Origin: Eledone cirrhosa
Taxonomy: Eukaryota
Direction: 5' to 3'
NCBI GenBank assembly: GCA_964016885.1
Contig: OZ024741.1
Span: 202,182,001 to 202,246,000 of the forward strand
DNA length: 64,000 nucleotides
In this document: one piece after another, positions 37,735-50,514 of the stretch
Numbering within the stretch: the first letter of the stretch is position 1
Layout of the letters: each line of letters starts with the position of its first letter
Position numbers and translations under genes: made by a program
The notes under the pieces: generated by a model
Database searches by the model: none
Seen by the model: only the letters and a program-made list of their open reading frames with translations
What the model was told of the DNA's origin: nothing

Positions 37735-40345
37735 ACATAGATACTAAAAATAGACTGGAAATAAAGTACAAAACTAGGAGGAAAAAGCTAAATATTATCA
37801 TAGAGGAACTGAAGCAACGCATTGTAGCAAAGAGAGCAAAAATTAGGCAATACGAGAGCAGAGTCAGTCAGTAAAGACAGAACGGCATGTTTGACAACAA
37901 CCAGAAGATGCTGTTTGGACAGCTTGAAGGGAAAGAAAGAGGCAACGACTTGATCCCTGAGGCGGAACAAACTAGGACATTCTGGAAAGGAATATGGGAG
38001 CAGGATGTTAAACATAATGACCAGGCAGTGTGGATTGAGACAGTACAAAAGGAGATTAGTGAACAGGCACACCAACAAACTGATTTGAGTATCACAGTTG
38101 AAACTCTTAAGGGGCAGGCCAAAAAGCTAACCAACTGGACATCACCAGGCCCAGATGGTGTGCAGGGGTATTGGATTAAAAATATAACATCCCTCCACCC
38201 GAAACTGACAACCATGTTCAATGACTGCTTGATGTCAGGTGAGGTACCAGAGTGGTTGACAAAAGGTACCACAGTTCTGGTAATGAAAGACCGAATCAAG
38301 GGTAATGATGTTACCAACTATAGACCTATCACATGTCTGTCCATAATGTGGAAACTGTTGACAAGGATTATGTCTGAGGAAATCTACCATCACCTCCACA
38401 CAAACAACTTGTTACCGGACGAACCGAAAGGATGCCGAAAGAAGTCCCGTGGCACAAAGGACCAGTTACTTATTGATAAGATGGTAATGAGGAATTGCAA
38501 GAGGAGACACACTAGTCTTGCCATGGGATGGATAGACTACAAAAAGGCATTTGACATGGTGCCTCATTCTTGGATCACCAAAAGTCTAGAGATCTTCAAG
38601 GTGGCAGATAACATCAGACAGTTGTTGGGCAAAAGTATGAAGTCCTGGAAAACAGAGTTAACATCAGCTGGAGAATCCTTGGGAGGCGTGAAGATCAAGA
38701 GAGGTATCTTCCAGGGAGATAGTCTGTCCCCTCTGTTGTTTGTCCTTGCTCTGATGCCCCTGACCATTATACTGCGAAAAGTGAGAGCAGCATACAAGTT
38801 GGGAAAGAGAGAGCTTACCATCAATCACTTCCTCTTCATGGACGATCTTAAGCTCTTCGGGAAGAGCGAGAAGGAGTTGGATGTGCTTGTTGACACTGAC
38901 CGTATTTTCAGCAATGATATATGTATGCAATTTGGTATTAGTAAGTGTGGAGTCCTTGTGGTGAAGAGGGGTAAATTGAGCAGAAGCAACGGAATCCAGG
39001 TACCAACGGGTGAGATGATAAAGGAAATTGACACTGAAGAAGGATACAAGTATTTGGGTGTTCTGGATGACATCAAGAACAAAAAAATGAAGGAATTGAT
39101 AAGATCTGAATACATTCGGAGAGTAAGGAGCGTATTAAAGTCACATCTGAACAGTAGGAATGCCATAAGTGCAGTAAATTCCCGAGCTGTGTCTATTATT
39201 AGGTACAGTGCGGGAATTCTGAGATGGAATGTTGCTGAACAAAAAGAAATGGATAGGAAGACTAGGAAGCTATTGACTATCTACAACATGTTCCACAAGA
39301 GGAATGATGTCGATAGACTCTACTTAAGGAGATCTGAAGGTGGAAGAGGTCTTATCAGCATAGAGGACTGTGTTCAGATGGAGAAAAACAACCTACACAA
39401 ATACGTGACTGATAGTAAGGAGCCAATGCTCAGAATTGTACTGAAGGAGAGGACAATAGACCAGGGGATGTCCAAGGAGGAAATAACAACAAGGAGAAAG
39501 AGCAGCCTTCATGAAAAATCCCTTCATAGTACCTTCTTTGAGAAAACTGAATTCAGAGATCCACAGACATGGAACTGGTTGAAAAGAGGAGACCTTAAAA
39601 AGGCTACAGAAGGAATGCTAAAGGCTGCGCAAGAGCAGGCCCTCAAAACGAAGTGGTTGAAACACCATATTTACAAGGAGGAGGCTAGCCCACTGTGCAG
39701 GATCTGTGGAGAGAGAGAGGAGACTGTGGCTCACATTGTATCCGAGTGTAAACACCTAGCCCAGACTCACTATAAAAGCTGGAGACATGATGTGATGGGC
39801 AGGGTGATCCACTGGCACCTATGCAAAGTAAACAATTTACCACATTCTGAGAAGTGGTATGAGCATAAGCCAGAGTCGGTGATAGAAAACGATCAGGTGA
39901 AGGTGCTGTGGGATTTTAGGATACAGACGGACAAGAAACTGGAACACAATAGACCTGACCTGGTGGTTGTGGACAAGGAAAAAAGATTGCGCCTGATTGT
40001 GGATGTGGCCTGCCCATTCGACATGAGAGTGCAAGAGAAGGAAAGGGAGAAAATTAACCGATACCAGGACTTAAAGTGGGAGGTAAAAAGGATTTGGAAC
40101 TGCCATGAAGTCAAAGTGGTCCTGATTGTCATAGGCGCACTAGGTACTATCTCAAAAAGTTTTCAGGGATGGTTAAAGAAAATTGACCCCGCTACGCTTT
40201 TTGGAACGCTTCAAAAGGCATGCTTGCTGGGAACAGCAAGAACCCTCCGATACATCCTGAATATCTGAGGCTGCAGGTAGTGGCTTGATATTCATTTCAA
40301 CAAACTTTCCAGTTAAATAACATCAATGACTGAGACTCAAAGAAC
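37735..40345 (+). mobile_element. 5'-truncated R4/Dong-type non-LTR retrotransposon between (TAA)n tracts
   Basis: ORF 37887-40268: RT (QGDSLSP, FMDD), CRICG...H...C knuckle, RHD, NRPD...D restriction-like endonuclease. Confidence 0.93.
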
Positions 40346-40956
40346 AATAATAATTATTATTATTATAATAGCATCAACGTTAACACACCTACTGATGCTA
40401 TAATCACTACCATGATGAATAATAATAATGATTATAATCTAAACTATAATAAAGTAAGGAGTGCGGGACTGTGTACGGTTTATTTCTTTTAATCCAGTTA
40501 GTAAAATAAGTTGGATTACTTTGAATAAATAATGAATGAATATTACCTAATTATTACATAATTTATCTACTAAATTTTGTGGTAGTTGATTAAACATATT
40601 TTATTGCTTATTTAAAGATTCACTTCTTTAAAATTTTCAAATGTCAACACTTCCGGTTAGCGATCGTTTATATAAACATTCATATAGTTCGCCACTAATT
40701 TTCTCCTAATGCAGTTTATATATAATATTGTCTTTTTTTAATGTATCATGGATTACGTTACTGATTACATAAGAGAGTGTAACACAGTCTTCGTTCAATT
40801 TCTGTGTATATTGTCAATTACGGTTTTATTTGATGTATCATATCTATATGCATATATACTTGCATATAATATCAATATGCACACTACACATGCTAGCAGA
40901 AAACCACCCTTTGGGTGGTTTTTCTGCTAGTAACAATAATAATGGTAGTAATAATG

Positions 40957-41152
40957 ATTTCTACTTTAGGTACAAGGCCAGTAATTTGAAGGGAGGGGAA
41001 AGTCGATTAAATTGATCCCAGTGCATTACTGGTATTTTATTTTATTGACCCCGTAAGGATGAAAGGCAAAGTTAACCTCGGTTGGATTTGAACTCAGATC
41101 AGTATGCTGCAAAGCATGGCATCCGACTCTACCGATATTGCCAATCCACCGC
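40957..41152 (-). mobile_element. SINE S1 variant copy
   Basis: S1 core and A/B boxes on the minus strand. Confidence 0.75.
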
Positions 41153-41597
41153 CATAATGGTAGTAATAATAATAATTACTTTATCGTTATTAATAATAAT
41201 GATGGAGATAATTATAATAATGATTACAACGCTAACATACCTACTACGTCTACTAACACCCGATGTGTTCTTATACCGCCAAGTATTCTTAAAGAATAAG
41301 CATAACATGAATGTGTAACCTTACTTTGCTCTCGTATGAATTGGACTTTCCCTTCAGCAACATCTTCAAGGGCAATCATTTTTCTCTGATGAGTCTTATA
41401 AGTGCATCTCTGCTATAGTATATATACACACATATATGTTTACCTGTTGTATTATAAATATACTTATAAATGTGGTTGGCATAGAAACCAAGCCAGAACC
41501 AGTTCCGTATGAGCAAGACATGGTCACTTGATCTGACTTGTCTCACAACGGGACAACTTGTCTAGCCAATGTTAGCATTATCTTATTTCTCATTCTT

Positions 41598-41633
41598 TCT
41601 TCTGATGAAGGAGTAGTGTCCGAAACGTTAAGA
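41598..41633 (+). ncRNA. Minimal type I hammerhead (Penelope pLTR type)
   Basis: UCUU-CUGAUGA-AGGAGUAGUGUCC-GAAA-CGUU/AAGA; stem I UCUU:AAGA, palindromic stem III. Confidence 0.75.
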
Positions 41634-41719
41634 CCCTCTTCCTGCTATTTCAAGCGTTAACTTAATATATTCCTTCCATATACTGTACCGATTGTTGCCT
41701 CCGTCTCTGATTCTTCTGT

Positions 41720-42600
41720 CGCTTTTCTAGATATTTCTCTATCTATTAATCACTCTCACCACACCCTCTCTACTTCCATCTTTATTAAACCAACAGACTC
41801 CCAATCTTACCTCGACTTCACCTCCTCCCATCCAACCCACACCAAACACTCCATACCCTATTCCCAATTCCTCCGTCTTTGTCAATTCTGTAGCCAGGAC
41901 GACGATTTCGAAATCCATTCCCTTCACATGACTTCCTGCTTCATCCAGCGTGGATATCCCCCACCCTGATCCAAGCTGTTCTCACCCACGCCCGTGAAAC
42001 AGACCACACCACAGCCTTCTCACATCACCCCCCCCCAACACCTGTGTTCCTTTCCCCCTCACCTACCACTCCAGCGACATATCCTCCATTCCTTCCATAT
42101 CCTCTCTTCTGACCCCATCACTTCTCGCTTTTTTCCAAACCCACCCATTACTGCTTTTAAGCGCGCCCGCAACCTCTCAAATTCCTGGTTCGCAGTTCCT
42201 TTTCATCCTCTCCCACGACTCCACCCGGCTCTCAACTTTGTTCCCGTTCCCACTGCAACACTTGTCCCTTTATTTCCACCCTCACCTAACGAGTCTTTCC
42301 GTATCTGCCATTCCTTCACCTGCACATCCACCCACGTTGTCTATGCCCTCTGGTCTTCCCTTTGCGGGTCTTTATATATCGGACAAACAGGACGCCGTAT
42401 GGCGGACCGTTTTGCCGAACATTTGAGGCATATACACCTTGGTTTGGATACTCCTGTCGCCAGTCATTTCTGTTCTCCTGGTCATTCTTCCCTACATGTT
42501 TCAGTTCTGGGTGACCTTTTACATCATGGATCACAGGCCTCACGCACCAGGACTGAACAAAGTCTGATTCACCGCCTTGTGTCCTATTCCACCAACCCAC
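41720..42600 (+). mobile_element. Penelope-like element fragment (RT C-terminus + GIY-YIG, Neptune-like), frameshifted
   Basis: FLDISL...KPTDSQSYLDFTSSHP..SIPYSQFLRL...RGYP; VVYAL..LCGSLYIGQTGRR..DRFAEH. Confidence 0.9.
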
Positions 42601-45034
42601 CCTCCCATACAACCCCATGAGGACAGGCTGAAGTAAATGCATCCACTGAAGCCCCCAACCCACACTGTAAAGTGGTCGTGTAGGTGTCACGACAAAAAGC
42701 AACCAATCCACACAGTAAAGAGGTCGTGTAGGCATCACGACAAAAGGCACCCAGTACTCACAGTAAAATTAAACAGAAAACATGAGTGGAATAGCAACAT
42801 CACAACTAGTAATTACAGACGAAAAAAAAAAAATCAAAGACATACAGACACACACAAAAACAACATGTTGTAGGACAGAACAAAGAAGAGATACAAAATA
42901 AAAACCCAGTCACTGAGGAGGTTAGAGAATTTGTGATGAAAGAGCTTTGACAATATATAAACATCCGGTTATCGAACCAACCAACCAACCGGAAATTTAT
43001 AATAAATTGAAGTGAAAACCAACAGATGCATGTGTTTTTATTGGCAACATGACCCTCCCTAAGTATAACAAAGTATTATATATATATATATACATACACA
43101 CACATGTAGACTTATCATCATAAGCAACTAGATACTGAATATAAAGCATTAGTTTACATGGCCAGAACACACATTTTGAGAACACACAAAAGAACCAGAT
43201 CTTATGTAATGACTAGACCCAATAGTATACTAGCCACCATGTAATGAAAATGATCCTATCCTAAAGGGTTAACTCCCAAACCACTTTAGAAAATATTTCC
43301 CTTCTAAATTACAGGCAGTATGGCTTCCACAAAGACAAAGCCTAAAAAGATCTACTCTATGTCATACTGATTTCTTTCTATTCAACATTCCACTAACAAC
43401 TATGTTGTTGCCATTGATATCAATAGATACCAATGGCAACAACACTAACTGAGACTAACTTATTGTTAACTTAGGAGTAATTCAAATTGAACTATTTCAT
43501 TGCCATATTACTAATGAAATACACTGCCAATGATTTTCAATTCATTTTGAAATAATAAATAATTTGGAAGGATTTAGTAATACAACTAACTTTTTCATTA
43601 TTAACTTGGGATTTGAAGTAGGTATCACAGCAGCACTCTGAAAAGGGTCGACAAGCACAATTTCACGACACAAAAATCCACTTTTTGCTTGATTATTTCC
43701 ATGTCAAATCCTTTTTTCCATGATATATAATTATATATCATTTGAAAGTTCTGGATGTGAACTTTCTTCTCATATACTTTTGATCAAAATCCAACACTTA
43801 CATACCATGCCAGATCCCCTCTATGACCCTCATATTTCCCACACATTTACAATGTTTGTCCCATTTTTGTTTTTGACTGCTGAACAGTAACGCTAGTTCT
43901 TTTCAATTGACTGGAGCACTATAACTTGATTTGTGTTGGAAATGATACAATCATGAAGAGGACTTTTTAAATTTATTTTGATATAAAAAAATCAACTGGG
44001 GTAGGTCAGATGATTGTTATGAAATATAAAAGTGAAATTTTTATCCCATGCAGGGAGAGCTGAAACGTAACACGAATCTAGGGCTTCAAATATCGAGTTT
44101 GAGCCAGAATTTCAAGAAATGGACAAATTAATTAAGTAACCATATATTTCTACGAAAAAATGCACTAAATTGAGCTACATAAGTCATGGAATTGTTGTAT
44201 TGAAAATATTGTTTATTCCCTCTCACTATTTTAACATGTGGAGAGCGAGGTTAGAATTTACATTTTTCTTTGAGAAATATTGTTTAAATTTTGCCAATAA
44301 AAATAATATAGGCGCACTGCTGTTTTTCTGATTTAGTGTGAGGACCAAGAACACCAGAGGTCTCGACATTGACTGGTATGAAATGGAAGTGGTCGGACAA
44401 GCCCCAGTATTTATCTTCCTGTCCCCTGCATTGTGGACACTGGTGTTCAGGTTTGCATATTAAATTATGAAGTAATTTCAGCACCTCCCATAATACTTGC
44501 CTGCCCACTTGACATTCCCTGGTACTGCATCCTTTCTACAAAAGAACAATACACAATTCAAAACATTCACTTCACACACTAAATCTAATAATTCTCCAAC
44601 ATTTTTAGGAACAGCAAATTCCCCAAAGAGATAAAATTCAACTTAACATTTTTGATACCAACTCACCTGAAACTGTCCCTGGTTTTATGATACAAACTGC
44701 CCATTTTAAAATGTCCATACTTATATTTAAAACCCTCCAGAATAATTTTATGTAATAAATTTTTGTTTATTAATACTCTAAATATGAGCTTGCTTATGAA
44801 AAAGTTATGATTTTATTAAATTCCTCAAAATCTTTATTTTAAAAATTAATTGAAACATATATTCAGTGTATTTCATTAGAAAGTTTCCACTATAGTCAAA
44901 AACTACAAACAGCTGCTATCACTTAAAATAAATACATTTCGCATTAGAATAGTGCTTACATGTCTGAAATGTTTCTCTTATCACAACACCATCACACACT
45001 CATGAGAATTTAAAAACCGCACCCTCTAAACATA

Positions 45035-46088
45035 CGAGGGTGTGCTGAAAAGTTCATAGGCTGACAATGAAGGAGTGCAAAAAAGGGGCTTAGCCCCCAT
45101 GGACATTCATGCTGACATGGTTGCTACATTAGGGGATGACACTCCAGCTTTATTAACAGTGAGCAGCTGAAATTAGGAGGGGAAGGGAGAGTCTTGAAGA
45201 TGACCCAAGATCTGGACATTTTGCAACTGCCACCACCGAGGAATATATTGATCATATTCCCCGCATGGTGATGGATGACAAGCAATTGACTATTAATTAA
45301 ATAGCTAAACATATCCCATGAGAGAGCTGAGAATATTCTGCACAATGAACTTGGCATGACAAAGGTTTCTGCTCAATAGGTGCCTTGTGTTCTGACACCT
45401 GATCAAATCACAGGAAAATCTGACATTGTTTGAGGCAGATTCAGTTTGTTTCTTTGAAGGATGAGTGTTGGGTTCATCACTTTGAGACAAAGAGACAATC
45501 AATGGAGTGGAAACACTTCTCACCTGCTCCAAAGAAGGCTAAGGTTGTTTTATCTGCAGGGAAGGTGATGGTTTCATTTTTTGGGGGATTCAAAATGCAT
45601 TGTGTTTATTGACTATCTTCAAAACGGCCACACCATCAATGAAGAGTACTATACCAGCTTGCTGAGGTAGTTATGAAAGGCTATTAAAGACCAAACACCC
45701 AGGAAAACTGACAAAAAGGGTCTTGATTCATCAGGACAATGCTCCAGCACACAAATCCTTGGTTTCAATTGTGGCTGTGCTTGACTGTGAACTGATTGAT
45801 CACCCTCCCTATTCTCCTGATTTGGCCCCATCTAACTATCATTTGTTCCCCAACATGAAAAAACACTTGGCTGGGAACCAATACCACAGTGATGATGATA
45901 TCATATCTGCTGTTGGTGACTTTTTTTACCAATATGATGAAAGTTCTTCACAAATGAAATCCAAGTACAGAAACACTCATGGAAGACGTGTGTGGATTGT
46001 AAGGAGAACTATGTTGAAAATAAACCTCATTTTGTCACATTTCATGAGAGTATCTTGGTCAGCCTATGAACTTTTCAACCGACCCTCA
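45035..46088 (+). mobile_element. Mariner element with both TIRs, inactive
   Basis: TA-CGAGGGTGTGCTGAAAAGTTCATAGGCTGAC ... GTCAGCCTATGAACTTTTCAACCGACCCTCA-TA; HQDNAPAH and YSPDLAPSNY; many stops. Confidence 0.92.
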
Positions 46089-46526
46089 TAATGTGTTGAT
46101 TAGTTGCTTCAGCTAACACAGGGTTTGAATTTATGCTCATTTCTCGGCATAAAATCGGGGATCGGCTTGTACCTTACAGAGAATACAACATGCTGAAATA
46201 TTGTAATGCATCATATAAATAGCCACTTGGACTGGTAATCTGTTAAGTGGGTGTCAGCTTAGTTAATTATTGGAATATTAAAAAGTTCATGTAGGATTAA
46301 ATATGAGATGAGAAAACAGCAATTTCTCTGTCTGTCTGTCCGACAGTGGAACACGTGCGTAGAGAGAGAGTGAGAGTGAAAGAAAGAGACAGACTACGAG
46401 AGGGGGATAGCGGGAGGGAGAGAGGGAGAGAGAGAGTGAATAGACTCTAAAACACGTGCTACAGAAACATTACCTTCCCCTCTCCACTGACTTTGGTCAC
46501 TGAGGCCGAGGGAATCGCGCTGAGCG

Positions 46527-47252
46527 CGTCATAATGACGTAATGCAGACAGCCAGACATACAGACAGATATTATAAGGGCGCAACGTTATATCTATGTAT
46601 CTATCTAAAAAGAAAGACTAAGAATTATATAGAGAGAACGCTAAATCGCCTAATGCGGTCCCTAGGGCATTGAAAATTTGAAATAATTTTTGCTCAAAAC
46701 ACTCACAGGACCATAAGTATTATATGTCTAAAGTTTGAAAACAATCGGTTGGATGGTTCTCAAGTTTTAGTGAGCTGACAGACAGACAGACATTCTCTGT
46801 TTTAGATATATAGACTAGCAGAAAACCGCCCCCGATTGGTTTTCTGCTAGTCTATATATCTAAAACAGAGAATGCCTGTCTGTCTGTCAGCGCCCTAAAA
46901 CTCGAGAACCAGCCAACCGACTGTTTTCAAACTTTACACATGTAATACTTGTTTCAGGAAATGTTCTGCACAAAAAAAATTTCAAATTTTCAATGCCCTA
47001 GGGACCGCATTAGGCGATTTAGCGTTCTCTCTCTATAATTCTTAGTCTTTCTTTTTAGATAGCTACATCGATATAACGTTGCGCCCTTATAATTGTTTCT
47101 ACTTTTGGCACAAGGCCAGCAAATACCCAGTGCATTACTGGTACTTTATTTTATCGACCCCGTAAGGATGAAAGACAAAGTAAACCTCGGTGGGATTTGC
47201 CCTTATAATATCTGTCTGTATGTCTGGCTGTCTGCATTACGACATTATGACG
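46527..47252. mobile_element. Palindrome of two head-to-head Helitron-like arms, with a SINE S1 insertion (47094-47198)
   Basis: Arms begin TCTATATATCTAAAAC..(TCTG)n either side of CTAGCAGAAAACC..GGTTTTCTGCTAG; Helitron-type hairpin+CTAG end at 47590-47617. Confidence 0.7.
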
Positions 47253-47269
47253 CTGTGTGTATGTATATA

Positions 47270-47333
<64 letters not shown>

Positions 47334-49036
47334 TGTGTAACGTTTTTCGAAATATTTACTTCTGCGTTCACAGATTGATTTTTTTTAGTTTCAGATCCCG
47401 TTAAGGGTGAAAGCAGCGATTCTTTGCTTAAACTTTAATCTGTTATTTTAATATATATATATATATAATTATATATTCGTGTACAGATATGTTTGCATAC
47501 ACAATAACAAAATATAAACAAACGTATTTATTTCACGAGGCTCGATAAGGATAAATATATATCAAATATATAAGAAACCTAGAGCAAATCCCGAGCAACG
47601 CGGGCCATTCTGCTAGTATTTATCTAATGACCATTTATTTTTTTACATTTTCGTTACAAGCAGGGGAAACAACTCTGACTTTTTTACAGCTTATTTAGCT
47701 TTCTCAGCATTAAGGTAACTTGCCAAAATATCAGCAAAGAAACTGCTAAGTAATCATCATCGTCGTTTTTACGTCCATTTTCCATTCTGGCATTGGTTGG
47801 ATGGGATATTTTGAGATGAGATGTTTTACAGTCAGATGCCCTTCTTGATGCCAACCTTTTTAGTCGCCTCTTGCAACATACAGTGATAAAGTGTGTCTAA
47901 TCTTAAAATATTTACTTATACACAGTATAAGTAACTATACAAAAATGAATATTTGTTCCTTTTCAATGCCACTGCACTGCACCTTAGGAAAGTGTTGACC
48001 AATACCGTGTGTGAAATTTGGTAGCTGGAAACTGTGCAGAAGTATGTTGCATATATGTATTTGCATGTGTCTGTGTTTATGTTTACACCATTTAAAATTG
48101 ATGTTGTTTATGTTGTTTCTTTAGGTCCTGTAACCTAACAGTTAACAGAGACTGATGTACCAGACTGAAATAAGTATTGGGGTCAATGCATGCAGCAGTA
48201 ATGTCACAGTTTACTAACTGCAGTCAAGTAAAAGAATACCATCTGCTTCATAAATGATTAAGTGGGTGAAAGAATATTTCCTGTGCAGAAGCAGATGAAA
48301 GAATTTGACAACCTTCCATTGGCTGCTTTGTGTTATTACCATTGAATACTACATACACACATACACTATTACTGGTAAAAATTTGTACGTAATTATTTTG
48401 TTATATCTATCCAATCCAGAACTTTTTGTCACCTTTCAATGTCAAGCCTCACCAGCTTAGGTTCTTGAAGCTGTGATCTTGTGGCTTTATTAGGTTCATT
48501 TCCATTGCTACTTCTGTTACAAAGCTTAAGTATGATCAAATATAGAGTAAAAGATGAACAGAAAAATGATGTGTGTTGGTAGGAATCAGAATATAGATAA
48601 ATGGAAGGGATGTTCCATTAAAATGATTAACATTTAACGTACTATTATTTCCAATCCTATTCTTGCCAACACAGAACAACACTAGACAGCTAATTTTTAC
48701 CTTTTCTTCTTAAATTCATCATCATTTTTCTTGTGTTTACTCTGGCAAAAACCCTAAAACATTAGTATCAACTTACCCTTATGATATAACTCTGTACACT
48801 CTTTTGGTTTTTATTTCTATAATTAATACTTTGACATTTTAACTTCAGTCAATACACTTTAATTTGAATGTAATGAGAGAATTAAATGAAGAAATGCTAT
48901 AGCCCAACTGAATTTGATGGCTATTTGGACTATGACAGAGCAGTGATAGTAATGCTCAAAGGAAAAAAAACATTAAAGAGAAATAATTCCACAGAGCTAA
49001 CCCATGCTGGCAAAGAAAATGCATGTGATTGATTAC

Positions 49037-49155
49037 CTTGAATATTTCCTCCAATGTACTTTTGGTGAACTTGTATTGATTAATTGTATTCATTTGTAAT
49101 AGGTGGTTGATAGCTTCCTTTTGTAAACTGCGTTGATAACGGAAAAGCTTTTGGT
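49037..49155 (-). CDS. CCDC134: CCDC134 coding exon 2 ((Y)QKLFRYQRSLQKEAINHLLQMNTINQYKFTKSTLEEIFK)
   Basis: AG/GT boundaries, 119 nt, phase 1 to 0. Resembles vertebrate YKKMFEVKRREQLLALKNL...QYKILDVMLKGLFK as recalled. Confidence 0.88.
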
Positions 49156-50514
49156 CTATTTAGCCATTAAGGAATTATTTCAAGAAATGATATCACCAAA
49201 ATAAAAATAAAAATATATTTATATATATATATCCCAGGAAATCCCAGTGGAAGGAAGCCACAGTAGAGGTAGACCAAGGAAGATCTGGGCAGAGGTGGTG
49301 AGAGCTGATCTCAAATCTAACAGATGATGACGAAGGAATGTAACAAGTGGAGAGATGCTGTGCTGAAAAGGACCTGTCCAACCCATGCATGCATGGAATT
49401 ACAGGCATAAAAATGATGATACAAATAAATTAGATTGTATTGGCAAGAAGAGAAAATGATAATATATTTTAATGTTTTCTTATGTTTAAAATTAAATATT
49501 TTAAAAAGTTGGATATACCAGCCAATCAACTATTGCTTGTCTGTTGAAAAGGAAACCACACTGATTTGAAGGGTAAATCTTGTCCTTAATAATCAGGCAC
49601 CAGGAAGATGACAGTTGGGACTTTATAACAGTCCCAGCCTTATGCATGACATTTGGTCATACATAGTTGGCTCACATGCATTCAAGCCAGGGAGATCTAA
49701 ATTTAAACTAAATCTTGAGAACTCATGATATTTTAGAAAGTTATACTATTGCATCTCATAGCAGGTTTCTCAAGTGCTTTAATGACTGTGGTCTCAATCA
49801 TATCGAAAAACCCACAGACTCATCCTGAGCGGGACACCAGTCCTTTGCAGGGGTTAACTTCAGCTGCTGCTGGTACTAATTGCATTTTCCAGCAGAGTGG
49901 GCTGGAACAATGTGAAATGAAGGCTCTTGCTCAAAGAAACAATGTGCTGCCTAGTCCAGGAAGCTAATCCACCACAGAGAGAAGCTGAAAGAAAGGCGTT
50001 TTTCAATGTTCTGTGACAAAAGGATGAGAGGTGTGAAGTATTCTGGATTACAAAGCGGCATGTCAGTGTGAATAAGGATGTTCAGGAAAAATGTTCAGAA
50101 TGACATCAGCACACTTACCATAATTGACATCGAGAAAAAAGGGGGATGGGGGGCTTGAAAACATTAAGAGTGGTTGTTATTAAGTTGCTGAATGTGAACA
50201 GCTAGAGGAATAAGGATCAGCTTTTGAAGTTGACATAAGGTCAAAATAGCCATCAAGGATATGAAGAAGGGAAAATCTACTATCAGGGATAGTAACTGAA
50301 ACACTAAATATTTCTGAAGTAGGACTGAAGCTAGTCATTCATATTCCCAACCAGATAGTACAAGGAAGATGTCATACCCAATGACTGGTGTAGCAGTATC
50401 ATCATAGACAGCTATGACTATGAAACAAACAACTACAGGCACATCAAACAGGACTAAGTTATGAAACTAACAGAAAGAGTTTAGCACAACTAATTATGAA
50501 AAGAATTAGCTTAG

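Noticed and set aside
41385-41410. CTGATGAGTC as another hammerhead (also CTGAAGA near 629, 11810 and 55053)
   Set aside because: No correctly placed GAAA with closing stems.
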